This document shows, piece after piece, positions 1 through 11,000 of a stretch of 64,000 nucleotides of DNA. Made by a program: the position numbers and the translations under genes. The first letter of the stretch is position 1; each line of letters opens with the position of its first letter. The stretch lies in the IMG/VR virus record IMGVR_UViG_3300044675_005052; one strand, written 5' to 3'. This stretch comes from a virus. Lineage: Duplodnaviria > Caudoviricetes. The notes beneath the pieces were generated by a model. The model was not told where the DNA came from, ran no database searches, and worked only from the letters and a program-made list of their open reading frames with translations.

Positions 1-342
1 AATTTCCTTATTAGTGTTACAAAAGATGATTCGCAAATCATAGATGTACAACCACCGTTCTACCTATATGATAATACATATAATTTCCCTGTAGGGGTCT
101 TAAATCCTATGTATGGTACACATAACGGTATTAACAATGAAACTATATTTATTACGATTCAATCAATTAATGAATCAAATACAAATATTTGTATTTCATT
201 AATCGTTAATGGTTCTGTAGCAGCGTCACAAATAGGGACATTCTCAAGTGGGGTTTTATTTATAGATGTTTCATTTACGGGTGTAACAATTTTACCAACA
301 GATACTTTAGAAATTTTTGTGACTGCAGGTGATTGTCAATAA
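1..342 (+). CDS. 3' part of a putative virion structural protein (5' truncated by window edge)
   Basis: Frame 1 is open from base 1 to TAA at 340-342; beta-rich Thr/Ser/Asn/Ile composition like the neighbouring virion genes; followed by a terminator. Confidence 0.6.
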   Translation, partial: NFLISVTKDDSQIIDVQPPFYLYDNTYNFPVGVLNPMYGTHNGINNETIFITIQSINESNTNICISLIVNGSVAASQIGTFSSGVLFIDVSFTGVTILPTDTLEIFVTAGDCQ

Positions 343-344
343 TA

Positions 345-377
345 AAAAACCCCCTCGTTAAAAGGGGGTTATTTTTT
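345..377. terminator. Bidirectional intrinsic terminator
   Basis: AACCCCCT-cgttaaa-AGGGGGTT stem (348-370) flanked by A and T tracts, between convergent genes. Confidence 0.8.
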
Positions 378-976
378 TACCATATTTTTTCTTGTTTCAT
401 ATGACCTATAACACAACAGTAAGCGTCTGTTTGGTCAAAATTTTCTTTTTTCAGAGTATTGTTTCTTGTGTATAACCAAGTGATTTGAGGTTCTCTTTTG
501 GCAATTAAATCCCATATAATCATTTTCTTGTCAATGTCTTTAGGAAGTCCTCCGAATAGTACGTATTTACCTTTATCGTTTAATTGAGTTAATTCCGGAA
601 AGGCAAACTTACGAGAATTGTATGTTGATATAAAGTTAGGTACAACACCTAATACGTCATATATTTCTTTTGTGACTAAAGTATTGAATCTTAATAAAGT
701 TTGAACAGTGTAAACATTATTTGAGTTTAATAAAGGTTCTTCAATAATCACTTTAGTAATCCCCATATCTTTATATTCTAAAAGTTTAGTTCTAAAGATT
801 TGACCCTTTAAAAGTAATTCTTTTATTTTATTTTCTTCTTTCGGTTTTGGTATGGGTGATATATGAGTTAATTCAAGTAGTTGTTGACTTTGTATATCAA
901 ATAACGCCCAACCAATTGTTTTTGTACTCACATCTAATCCTAAAACTTTAGGACTTTCTTTAAGTGTTTTTTTCAT
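377..976 (-). CDS. RuvC-like Holliday junction resolvase
   Basis: VLGLDVSTKTIGWA (catalytic Asp, beta1), VIIEEP (catalytic Glu) and C-terminal DQTDAY, the RNase H/RuvC pattern. Confidence 0.8.
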   Translation of the reverse strand: MKKTLKESPKVLGLDVSTKTIGWALFDIQSQQLLELTHISPIPKPKEENKIKELLLKGQIFRTKLLEYKDMGITKVIIEEPLLNSNNVYTVQTLLRFNTLVTKEIYDVLGVVPNFISTYNSRKFAFPELTQLNDKGKYVLFGGLPKDIDKKMIIWDLIAKREPQITWLYTRNNTLKKENFDQTDAYCCVIGHMKQEKIW

Positions 977-982
977 AATTTA

Positions 983-3472
983 TTAGAAATCAAATTTAAC
1001 CAAAAACTGTTGAATCCCTTGTCTTAACACAGGAGATTGTAGCTTTGATACAATCATAAGATTCATTTCGTTATCGTAAAGCCCAATTTCAGTAATATAT
1101 GAACTTGTTCCTTTAGTCCATGTAGGATTTGAGGTCGATTGAAACTCCGCTTGACCAAGATTTATCTTATATTTCATTTCATAGATAGTTGCTTCAATAT
1201 CAGTTTCTAATGAACCATAGAAATAATATTCATCACCAAAATTTAATGAAGGTGTGGTTGTATTACCTGACACTAATGGAATATAATCATTTAAATTGTA
1301 ATCATCAGCAGCTGCGTAATTTTCTTCAGTAATGGTAAATGTTGTACCTGTTAAACTATCTACGGTTAAATATCCATTGATAGTAGTTGCACTTATTTGT
1401 GAAGTAAAATCAATGATTTTCCAATCATCCGGGTTAGGTCTACCTGTACCAATTACTTTTTGACAAATAACTTGGAATGTGTCCGCATAAAACCCTGTAA
1501 TTAAGTCACAGGAAGGACACAGAGTCGTTGTTGTTGTTGTTGTGGTAGTTGTGGTTGGAATTAACGTTGGTTGGTTTAAACAAGGGAATTCAGCTCCAAA
1601 TCTAATTGAAACGTTTTGTTCGGTTAAATTACCACAAGAAATGTTTGGCCCTTGAATTTTAGTATAATAATTACAATGTAATGAATTAGTGAAAATATCG
1701 GTATTACTAAATCTATAAGTTACATACATATATTCAGTGTCCGCAGTTAATATACCATTAACTGTTGGTTGATTATTTTCAACAACACAAGTGTTTGGTG
1801 TAGTTAACCCAACTTTAGGTGCCGGTAATGTCCAGTTACGGTTTGACTTGTAAGACATTGCGGCAATAATCTCTTCATCATCAATAATGATAATTTGTGA
1901 ATCAGGGAATACTTTACCAACTCTATTTGGTAGACCAGTACTCTCGTTAACATTAGTGTCCCATAAATTATAATATCTAATACCCGGGTCATTCATACCT
2001 AAATTTTTAGTTGATAGAATATATTGGTCTTTAAATATTTGAGGAAATGTGTCTGAGTCAAATCCTGGAGGGTCAACCCAAAAAGTTTGACCTTTACAAC
2101 ATTCAGGATTTTTATGCCACATTAACCACGGCAAATGTAATCTAAAGTTACGAGCTTCACCTGTAGTATCTGAAGGGTTATTAGAGTCGTAAGGTTCAAA
2201 GGCAAATTTCTCACCATAGAAGAAATCAATTGATTGATTAGTATAGTGAATAATAGCAATAGCTTTTTGCTCACTTGGTTGAACAACAACTTGTTCATCA
2301 AATGAATTATAATAATAAACAACACTTGTATCGGTTTGTCCACTATCTGACATATATCCAAAATATTCTTTACTACCTAAATAAGACGCTGAACCAAAAT
2401 ATTGATAACCTTTATAAAATGAATCATACAATCCAGCAGGATTTTCCGACCAAGGAATATTCATATTCCAAATCTTAACATCTGATTCATCCGTACTACA
2501 TAAAGATTCAAAATTAATAACATTTTGATTCCAATGTGAGTTAGGTGTAATACTATCGTATAATGTTGTCATATTTGGTGGGTATACTAATACTCTAGCG
2601 AAACATCCACTTGAAAAGTTTGAAAAGTCAGGTGTTGGTCTGTCTAATGTATATAAACCATTACAGATATCTATAATTTTATAAGTTAATATTGGGTAAC
2701 AACTACTCATTGACATCTCACAATCAGGTGGTGTCGGAGTTGGAGGTAAAGGTGTAGTACAACAAGTTGAAGAAGGTGTTGGTGTTGGACCTTGGTCACA
2801 TATGTTAGCACTCTTAGTTATTGTTGGTGTAGGTGTTGGAGTTGGATTGGCCTCGTAAGTTGGTGTAGGTGTAGGTGTTGAAGTTGGTGTAGGTGTTGGG
2901 TTAGGGTCACAATAACAATTGTATTCACCTTGACCGTCGTAATATATTGTAACAAAATCACCAATCATTGGTAATCTTACAATATTTGAATTACACCCTG
3001 AATACACTAATTGAATAACACTACCACCTGTTAATGTAGACATATCTACAAGATAGTTAGAGTTAATTGTGTATTGGCTATTTGTTAACGCACTCCAATT
3101 AATTGTAGTTGCTGTTGTATTACCTGTAAAAAATCCTCTCATAGCGGCTCTATTATAAACCGCTTGAGGTACTGATGCCATATAAGGAATTCCGTATGTG
3201 TTACCGGTTATTCCATCAACATAATACGGGTATTTAACATTTTGTTTGTTTGTTTCAGGTGCAGCAGTTGAATTCTGAGCATTAAATGCGGGTTCAAGAA
3301 TATTTGTTGTGAATTGATTATAAGGTGTTCCTGTTAATGTATTGTAAGAAACCTCACTATCACCTACTTGAAAATAAGAGATATTAAAACTACCTTGTGA
3401 TAGTTTTAACCTTGCGGTATCGGTTAACCTTGTGCTAAGTAAACCTTGTGTATTTTTTAATATGTATCCCAT
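983..3472 (-). CDS. Putative baseplate/tail structural protein with Pro-Thr and poly-Thr linkers
   Basis: C-terminal YITEIGLYD...VSKLQSPVLR resembles phage baseplate/tail-collar protein ends; (PT)n tract, poly-T tract and Cys-rich segments; late promoter motif upstream. Confidence 0.6.
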   Translation of the reverse strand: MGYILKNTQGLLSTRLTDTARLKLSQGSFNISYFQVGDSEVSYNTLTGTPYNQFTTNILEPAFNAQNSTAAPETNKQNVKYPYYVDGITGNTYGIPYMASVPQAVYNRAAMRGFFTGNTTATTINWSALTNSQYTINSNYLVDMSTLTGGSVIQLVYSGCNSNIVRLPMIGDFVTIYYDGQGEYNCYCDPNPTPTPTSTPTPTPTYEANPTPTPTPTITKSANICDQGPTPTPSSTCCTTPLPPTPTPPDCEMSMSSCYPILTYKIIDICNGLYTLDRPTPDFSNFSSGCFARVLVYPPNMTTLYDSITPNSHWNQNVINFESLCSTDESDVKIWNMNIPWSENPAGLYDSFYKGYQYFGSASYLGSKEYFGYMSDSGQTDTSVVYYYNSFDEQVVVQPSEQKAIAIIHYTNQSIDFFYGEKFAFEPYDSNNPSDTTGEARNFRLHLPWLMWHKNPECCKGQTFWVDPPGFDSDTFPQIFKDQYILSTKNLGMNDPGIRYYNLWDTNVNESTGLPNRVGKVFPDSQIIIIDDEEIIAAMSYKSNRNWTLPAPKVGLTTPNTCVVENNQPTVNGILTADTEYMYVTYRFSNTDIFTNSLHCNYYTKIQGPNISCGNLTEQNVSIRFGAEFPCLNQPTLIPTTTTTTTTTTTLCPSCDLITGFYADTFQVICQKVIGTGRPNPDDWKIIDFTSQISATTINGYLTVDSLTGTTFTITEENYAAADDYNLNDYIPLVSGNTTTPSLNFGDEYYFYGSLETDIEATIYEMKYKINLGQAEFQSTSNPTWTKGTSSYITEIGLYDNEMNLMIVSKLQSPVLRQGIQQFLVKFDF

Positions 3473-3502
3473 GTGATATAAATATTCTTATTTTTTTTAT
3501 TT

Positions 3503-4528
3503 TTAATTGACACTTATTATTTCTACTCTACAACATCCACAACCACTAATACTTGCGTTACCAATTGAGAATGAATCCTGACTTGATGTGTAAGTACAAG
3601 GGGTTAATGGGTCGTTTTGTGTTATTGTCGTTGTAGTATTTAATATGATACTATCTGAAGATGTAAAACTTAAAGAATTCCAACTTTCAGTATAATAATC
3701 TAAATAATTTGTTAAATTCTGACATCCTTGTAATGGATTATAATCAGTGTTAGTTGTTGTTAAACCACTTGTTGTTAGTGGAATAGAAACATTATTTTTA
3801 GATAACACAGTATTAGTAGTTAAAGTTGCTGTGGTAGCGCTTGGAGAATAGTAAAAAGTATTATAATGTAATATGTTAAAATTAACTATTACTCCACTTG
3901 GTAATTCAGGAATAACACTAAAAGTTGTTGTGTATTGTTTAGTTAGTGTTGTATTTGTATTAACCGGATTTGTTATTGTTGTATTTAATTTTAATTGATA
4001 TAATGTCGGAGGTGCCGGTTCATTTAATTTTACATTATTACTATTTGTGTTACCACTTGAATCAATCACCTTAACACTATACATACCCGAACATAAATTA
4101 TTAAAAATTGGTGAATTAAAATAAGTGACACCATTATCTATTGAATATTGGTATGGAGGATAACCTCCCGAAAGATTAATCATTAAATTACCATCACAAG
4201 TACATATTGGTTGATTAACACTAAAAGTTAATGAGTTAATTCCTAATGGATTACAAACACCTTCGTTAGCATAAACAGTTCCGTTAGCTCCTAATATATA
4301 CCAAGAGTTAAGTGGGGGTACAGAAGATGGTAAGGAAGAAAATACTGAATAAGTTAGATTACCACCATTCAATTTCCATCTACTTAATGAAACGTCCCAA
4401 TTAATTGAATAAGTGTAATCATCAGACACCCATTGATTATATCCATTATCATCTAATCCATTTGGATTAAAATGAATTTGTAAGTTATTAATACTTATAT
4501 TTAGACAAAAATTATATTCTATTTCCAT
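3503..4528 (-). CDS. Virion protein with SprB-type repeat
   Basis: CTCDGNLMINLSGGYPPYQYSIDNG...FNNLCSGMYSVKVIDS is an SprB-like repeat; Thr/Asn/Ser rich. Confidence 0.6.
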   Translation of the reverse strand: MEIEYNFCLNISINNLQIHFNPNGLDDNGYNQWVSDDYTYSINWDVSLSRWKLNGGNLTYSVFSSLPSSVPPLNSWYILGANGTVYANEGVCNPLGINSLTFSVNQPICTCDGNLMINLSGGYPPYQYSIDNGVTYFNSPIFNNLCSGMYSVKVIDSSGNTNSNNVKLNEPAPPTLYQLKLNTTITNPVNTNTTLTKQYTTTFSVIPELPSGVIVNFNILHYNTFYYSPSATTATLTTNTVLSKNNVSIPLTTSGLTTTNTDYNPLQGCQNLTNYLDYYTESWNSLSFTSSDSIILNTTTTITQNDPLTPCTYTSSQDSFSIGNASISGCGCCRVEIISVN

Positions 4529-4529
4529 G

Positions 4530-6782
4530 TTATGATATTGATATTGTTACACCTTTTGTTGTTTGAAGAGTGCTATAGGATGTATAGTTAGTGTATGGTG
4601 GTGATGAAGTTCCATTAAGTGCTAATAGTTTAATACCCGACCAAGTTGATGATGCGTAACTCGTTAATAAATTATTAATGTTAGTACTATTAAGTCCACT
4701 ACCAAGTATTTCAATTTGATTTAAATCAGTAAAAATTCTTGAACTATTTGAGAATGTTGATATTGTGTTATTACCGCTAATGACTAAAAATCTAATATTT
4801 AAATGAACTAATGATAAATCACCAGATATTGTGTTATTACCTAGTATAGTAACATTACGATTGTTAGATGGTAAATCTTGAATATTTCCTGAAATTGTAT
4901 TATTACCATTAATATATAATTGTTGATTAATGTAAGAATTACCTAAACCACTAATATTTCCTGTAACAGTGTTATTACCATCTAATCTTAAACTTGCATT
5001 AGTTTTTAAATTAACACCACTAATATTTCCTGAAATAGTGTTATTCCCCAGAATAATTATTGTAGATAACGTTGTATAATTTAATGTTCCAATATTACCA
5101 TAGAGAGTGTTACTACCTGCAACCTCTAAGAATGTTAGATTTGGTGGTAATGTTGATATATCACCTGTTACAGAATTTTGCCCATATAATTGTATAACAG
5201 TTACAGAATTAGATAAACCTCCTAAATCACCTGAAACAGTATTAAGTCCTCTTAATTGTATTCTAAATAAATTAGGTGTTGACATTAAAGAAATGTCATT
5301 AGTGATAGTGTTTTGACCTGTAATCTGTAAATCCTCCATTAATGGTGGGCAATTACCAATATTACCAGTTATAGTATTATTACCACCAACAAAAAAGTTT
5401 TTTAATGTTGTCGGTAAATTAGATATATTACCTGATATATTATTTGATTGGTTTGGGAGACTCTGGAATAAATCTACACCAAATGTTTCTAAACTGCTTG
5501 GTAAATTTGCAACATTTCCGGAACAACTAGTTAAGTTTGACGCAAAAGAAATTAACGTTGATGGTAATAAACTTATATTACCTGATGTGAAAAAACCAGA
5601 ACCATAATTACCAAATGTTGTTAATCCATCTAAAATATTTATTTGAGAAGTTTCGACTTCTAAATATCTAACACTATTTGAAGTTATTTGAGGAGACACA
5701 CCTCCAGGTGATAATTGGGTTATAGATGTTAAATCTGCTGTCTGAATTAATATGTTTCCTGTGTAAGGTGTTGAATACGTATGTGTAATGTTAATTGACC
5801 CTGCCGGATAATTTGTTGTATTACCATCTCCCCAAACAACTCTAAACGGTAAAGATGTAATTACTATAAATGATTGTAATGAAGGGCTTACTGTGATACT
5901 ATTCAAACTTCTCGCAATCATCGTGAAAGTTTGACCGTATGGTGGTAATATTGGTGTTGATGATGTAGGTGTTAATGTTTGAGTTGGTGTAGGTGTTAAT
6001 GTTTTAGTTGGGGTAGGTGTCTGAGTCAATGTCTGAGTCAGTGTTTGAGTTGGAGTATTAGTAGGGACAGCCCCTGATGTTTGAGTTAAAGTTTGGGTAG
6101 GTGTTTGTGTAGGTGTATTAGTTGGGGTTGTGGTTAATGTTTGTGTAGGTGTTTGTGTAGGTGATGCCGTTTGAGATAAAGTAGGTGTTTGAGTTGGTGT
6201 AGGTGTTAACGTAGGTGTTTGAGTAGGTGTAGGTGTTGGACCTGACAATACGCATACGGTATTTGCCGTAAAATCACCATATGAATCCACAATAGTCGCA
6301 GGATATGACCCCGATTCTAAATCCATAATTGCTGGTGATATACTACCATCGGACCAAGTAATGGTGTAAGGTGGTGTACCTCCTGTAATAGAAATAGAGG
6401 CTCTACCATCACGACCACCAACAGTTGACGGGTTTATTACCTCACATTCAACGGTCATTGGAAATATTGTAATTACATCACATTCATTTGATTGAATATA
6501 AGTAATTGCTGGCTGAGGTGGAGGAGGTGGAAAACAACTATATGCGTTTTCTATACAATCAGAACGATTAGGATATAATACAACACTTCCATTTCCAGCA
6601 TCATAAATTAATGACCCTGATGGTATCGGACCTTGTATTAGTGTCGCACATCCACTAAATGATGGTATTGTGATTGCATAAACATTCCCTAAAATAGGAG
6701 TTGTTAATGTAAGGTCATTTACTCCGAAATAATTATCGGATTCATTTAATTTGACGCAACATGTTTGAAAATAATATATCAT
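4530..6782 (-). CDS. Tail fibre/adhesin-like protein: SprB repeat, long Pro/Thr/Gln linker, PKD-like domain, LRR-like solenoid
   Basis: ASISITGGTPPYTITWSDG (SprB-like); ~95-aa TPTQTPT linker; VVWGDG...THTY (PKD-like); ~22-aa repeats of type ISGNIxxLPxxLxxLxIxGxNT. Confidence 0.65.
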   Translation of the reverse strand: MIYYFQTCCVKLNESDNYFGVNDLTLTTPILGNVYAITIPSFSGCATLIQGPIPSGSLIYDAGNGSVVLYPNRSDCIENAYSCFPPPPPQPAITYIQSNECDVITIFPMTVECEVINPSTVGGRDGRASISITGGTPPYTITWSDGSISPAIMDLESGSYPATIVDSYGDFTANTVCVLSGPTPTPTQTPTLTPTPTQTPTLSQTASPTQTPTQTLTTTPTNTPTQTPTQTLTQTSGAVPTNTPTQTLTQTLTQTPTPTKTLTPTPTQTLTPTSSTPILPPYGQTFTMIARSLNSITVSPSLQSFIVITSLPFRVVWGDGNTTNYPAGSINITHTYSTPYTGNILIQTADLTSITQLSPGGVSPQITSNSVRYLEVETSQINILDGLTTFGNYGSGFFTSGNISLLPSTLISFASNLTSCSGNVANLPSSLETFGVDLFQSLPNQSNNISGNISNLPTTLKNFFVGGNNTITGNIGNCPPLMEDLQITGQNTITNDISLMSTPNLFRIQLRGLNTVSGDLGGLSNSVTVIQLYGQNSVTGDISTLPPNLTFLEVAGSNTLYGNIGTLNYTTLSTIIILGNNTISGNISGVNLKTNASLRLDGNNTVTGNISGLGNSYINQQLYINGNNTISGNIQDLPSNNRNVTILGNNTISGDLSLVHLNIRFLVISGNNTISTFSNSSRIFTDLNQIEILGSGLNSTNINNLLTSYASSTWSGIKLLALNGTSSPPYTNYTSYSTLQTTKGVTISIS

Positions 6783-6802
6783 TATAATTTGTTTCTGTTA
6801 TA

Positions 6803-7783
6803 CTATAAATAATCCTTTATTTGTTTTTTTACCAAAGATTTCATAACTTCTACATATTTTTTTGTTGAACTTTGAGAACTAACATAATCAAAAAAGTTAA
6901 TATCCTCTTTTAATTTATCTAATGGGTTAATATTAATAAAATCTCCTTTATAAAATTTATCTTGTTTTTGATTACCGGTCACACCCGCCATATGAAGAAT
7001 TGGTTTATCTTCATATATTTTTATTGAGTCGGTTGCCCATGAAAATTCAAACTCGGGTGTAATTCTTGTCTCAATTCCGTGTAACCATAAGTTCCATAAT
7101 AATGACCACATTTCTGCGGTCCAAAATTGAATTTCACCGGGACTTATTGGGAATCTTCTTTGATAATCTAACATTTGGTCATATAGTGGAACACAATCTG
7201 CATAAATTTTTTCCCATAATAACCAATCCGTATTTTTAATTAGGTATTGACCACCACCTGAATTTTCTTGATTACATTCGATACATTCGACTGACACACC
7301 AATAACGTCGGCCATTTCGTTAAGTAATTGACCTTTACCGGATGTAGGGTGAGCACTTTCATAACGATTACAACAATCCATAATATAGTTATATCCGATA
7401 TAACCTATGGTATCGGATAAGTAAGTAATATCGTCATTAATTAAACTATCAAAATTTGGTAATTTTCTGAATATAATATCAGAATCGTGTAAGAAGAAAC
7501 ATTTACCATGTTCAGGAAAATCTTTTAACCATTTTGAAATTAAAAAAGGTTTAACTGTCGGTATATAATGTTTTTGAGGTCTATCGTCGATATAATGATG
7601 TACGTTAACTCCGGTATCTTTTAATTTTAAAGATTCTTTAGTTGGTTTACCATCTTTACTTATTATTCCAAGTAATACGTGTATTTGATTAGGGGGAACA
7701 CCATGTTCAATAAAGTTATGTATATACACCATTATTTGCCAATGGAAATAAGGTACATCAGGTTGTGCTGTAACAAAAATCAT
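6803..7783 (-). CDS. Protein O-glycosyltransferase-like (plant HPAT GT95 / serine galactosyltransferase GT96-like, GT-A fold)
   Basis: Ordered motifs PYFHWQ, YIPTVKPFLISKWL, FLHDSDIIF (DxD), WTAEMWS...LHG and ILHMAG parallel HPAT motifs PYSKWQ, YVVLNRPWAFVQWL, EPDHIF, WVLEMYA...LHG and IIHYTYG (recalled, not searched). Confidence 0.65.
   Translation of the reverse strand: MIFVTAQPDVPYFHWQIMVYIHNFIEHGVPPNQIHVLLGIISKDGKPTKESLKLKDTGVNVHHYIDDRPQKHYIPTVKPFLISKWLKDFPEHGKCFFLHDSDIIFRKLPNFDSLINDDITYLSDTIGYIGYNYIMDCCNRYESAHPTSGKGQLLNEMADVIGVSVECIECNQENSGGGQYLIKNTDWLLWEKIYADCVPLYDQMLDYQRRFPISPGEIQFWTAEMWSLLWNLWLHGIETRITPEFEFSWATDSIKIYEDKPILHMAGVTGNQKQDKFYKGDFININPLDKLKEDINFFDYVSSQSSTKKYVEVMKSLVKKQIKDYL
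6805..6811 (-). promoter_or_regulatory. Putative late promoter TATTTAT (for 4530-6782)
   Basis: TATTTAT on minus strand ~22 nt before ATG; same motif precedes many structural or LxE-leader genes. Confidence 0.55.
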
Positions 7784-7849
7784 ATTATATAAAACGTTTT
7801 TAATTAAATATAAATGACAATCAAATGTAATAAATGGTAAAGATGATGA

Positions 7850-7856
7850 TATTTAT
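7850..7856 (+). promoter_or_regulatory. Putative late promoter TATTTAT (for 7862-8041)
   Basis: TATTTAT immediately upstream of ATG 7862. Confidence 0.5.
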
Positions 7857-7861
7857 ATAAT

Positions 7862-8041
7862 ATGAAACTGATTAGAACAATATCGAATTTGGTAACTGAA
7901 TCTAAAAAAATTTACGAAGAAGCCTGTGAAAAAGGTGTCAACGAAAAAGAATTAGATAGATTAGAAAAAAACTACAACGAATCCTTAAAACTTTTAAGGA
8001 TTTATGAGGGTTTGAATAAAACCAAACAAGAAAATATTTAA
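7862..8041 (+). CDS. Small protein (59 aa, not in ORF track) with LVTE leader
   Basis: MKLIRTISNLVTESKKIYEEACEKGVNEKELDRLEKNYNESLKLLRIYEGLNKTKQENI*; late motif upstream; stop overlaps the convergent fibre stop. Confidence 0.6.
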   Translation: MKLIRTISNLVTESKKIYEEACEKGVNEKELDRLEKNYNESLKLLRIYEGLNKTKQENI

Positions 8042-11000
8042 GTCCAAGAATATTTTATTTCAACTCCACTAATATGGACTGTCCATCTCATAGTATCTCC
8101 AACAGCACCGGTTACTTGTATATCTAAAGCATCATTTGTATCATCCGCAGATATTGTAACGTCATACAAAGCGTTATCTTCAACATCTGTCCCTATGGTT
8201 GATACCGGACTCGCACCAATTAATGAAGTTGTTCCACCTACATTTTTAATGGCAACTTTTCTTATATAGTGAGCTGCTGATGTACCACCACTAGTAATTC
8301 CTGCAATATTAATAGTAACAAACATTGCGGTTTCGTTTAAAACTGATATTCTTTGTGATGAACCATCTAAAAAAATGTTAACAGTTGTTACACCTGTTGT
8401 TGTATTTCTACCTAATAAATCTATTTGTTGTGTCTCACCTGTACCGGTAAATGGTGTCCAAGTTCCATTTGCAAACGACCTTTGTCCAAAACGAGGAGCA
8501 CAAGCTCTATTACCGCCAATAATAGATGAATTTTCTCCATACGCTCTATTAAGAAAACCTCCCGTTACTGTTGAAGATGCTCCAGATGCGACATTTAGTT
8601 GACCACCACCAATTGTTGAATTTGCCCCCGATGCGGTATTTTCTCTACCACCCCCAACAGTTGAATAATTATCACTTGCTGAATTACAAAAACCTCCGGC
8701 AATCGTTGCACGATTTCCATTTACAGTATTATCCCATCCACCACCTATTGTTGAAAAAAATCCTGAAACGATATTACTTATACCACCACCAATAACTGAG
8801 GTACACCCTGATGCGGTGTTACAAAACCCACCACCTATTGTTGAATCAACACCTGAGGCGATATTACTTCTACCACCACCAATAAATGAGTTAGTACCTT
8901 GTGTTGTGTTAAAACCACCACCGGCAATTGTTGAACGATAACCGTTAGCACAATTACCTCGTCCACCACCAATAGAAGAATCTCTACATACTGAATTATT
9001 CTCTCGACCTCCACCAATAAATGAATATTCTCCTAATAACGTATTACATCTACCACCACCTATTGTTGAATCTATTCCACCTGATGTATTACATCTACCA
9101 CCGGCAATTGTTGAAGTAGAACCTGATGATGTATTATTTGAACCACCACCAATAAATGAATAAACTCCTGATGCCGTATTACAATTACCACCACCAACAA
9201 CAGTTGAAGTTGATGATGATATGTTACCACCACCACTACCTACAAAAGAACGTAAACCTGATGCCGTATTACCATTACCACCACCTATTGTTGAAAAACA
9301 ACATGATGCCGTGTTTTTAAAACCACCACCAACAGTTGACCAACAACCTGAAGATAAATTACAACTACCACCACCAATAAATGAAGTACATCCTGATGCG
9401 GTGTTACAATATCCACCACCCACAAATGAAAAACAATTACTTGAAGTGTTTCCTGTACCTCCACCTACAAATGAAAAATATTCGGAAGAGGTGTTTTTAC
9501 AACCACCACCAACAAATGATGACTTACATGAGAGATGACAGACACCTGTACCAACAAATGAACCACTTCGTGCACAATTACAAAATCCATTTGATATGAT
9601 TGAATAACTACCACATGCGGTGTTTTTACGGCCTCCTATGATAGCGGAACTAGTACCATAAACTATGTTACAACAACCACCACCAATAAATGACTGATAA
9701 CCGTATCCAACACAATTAGATTGTCCCCCAACTATAGATGAATATTTAGTATAATATGAAGATATATAATTAGATTTACCACCACCAATTGTTGAAAACA
9801 CACTTGATACTGTATTTCCTGAACCACCAACAATTGACGAACAATTACCGATAGCACAATTAGTAGTACCACCACCGACAAATGATAATGCTGATGTCAC
9901 ATTTTTACAACCTCCGGCAATTGTTGAGGTATTACCTGATGCTATATTACAACATCCAGCGCCAATAAATGAATAAGCTCCTGAAGATGTGTTACTTAGT
10001 CCACCGGCAATTGTTGACCTAAAACATGAAGATGTGTTAGATTGTCCACCACCAACTGTTGAATACTGAGACGATGCTATGTTCTTACACCCACCTCCAA
10101 CAAATGAACAATTTCCTGACGCGGTATTATTTCTACCACCGGATATTGTTGAATCTATTCCTCCTGATGTATTATTTCTACCTCCGGCAATTGTTGAAGT
10201 TTGCCCTGTGGCGACATTTAAACTTCCACCACCAATGAATGAAAAATTACCTGAAACTGTGTTTTGATTACCACCACCAATTGTTGATGAGGTACCAGAT
10301 ACTATATTACCAACACCACCACCAATTGTTGTACAATAGTCTAAAGCGTTATTATTTATACCTCCCCCAATAAATGTATAATTACAAGAGACTGTATTAT
10401 TTCTACCACCGGCTATTGTTGAATAATTACCATTAGATTCGTTACTAAAACCCCCACCAATTGTTGAATGAGGACCTGAAGCAATATTACTACTACCACC
10501 ACCAATAAATGAACATGCCCCCGATGCTGTGTTTTTATAACCACCACCAATTGTTGAAGTACTACCAGAAACAGTATTACCACAACCACCACCAATAAAT
10601 GAATGAGTTCCTCCACTAATAATGTTTTGATTTCCCCCAACTACAACTGAAAAATCTGTTGTTCCCGAGTTTGATGACCCACCTAATACTGCACTACAAT
10701 TTCCCGATGCAAGATTACTAACACCACATCTAACAGATGAGTTAACACCTGTTCCGGTTATAATTACGGCTGATGAACCACCACCTCCACCACCGGCAAT
10801 AGGTACTAAAAGTCCATTTGTGCTAACTCCAACATAACAACCACTACAAGTACTCATAGAGTCAATAATCATGTCGTTAACAAATGTTGTACAATTTCTA
10901 TTTGCAGTTATATTACTACCAACAATCATAGCACATGTGCAACCACTAGTATTATTAGACGAACCACCTAATATTGATGAATAATTACCGGATGATATAT

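Noticed and set aside
1527-1556. (GTT)n microsatellite-like tract
   Set aside because: In-frame poly-Thr linker of the 829-aa protein; no sign of phase variation (unit is a codon).
5960-6245. Tandem GGTGTAGGTGTT-type DNA repeats (also ~2770-2900 and 16210-16430) as a possible CRISPR or guide array
   Set aside because: Degenerate at third codon positions and encode Pro-Thr linkers; no constant repeat with unique spacers, and no cas or Nop-domain gene.
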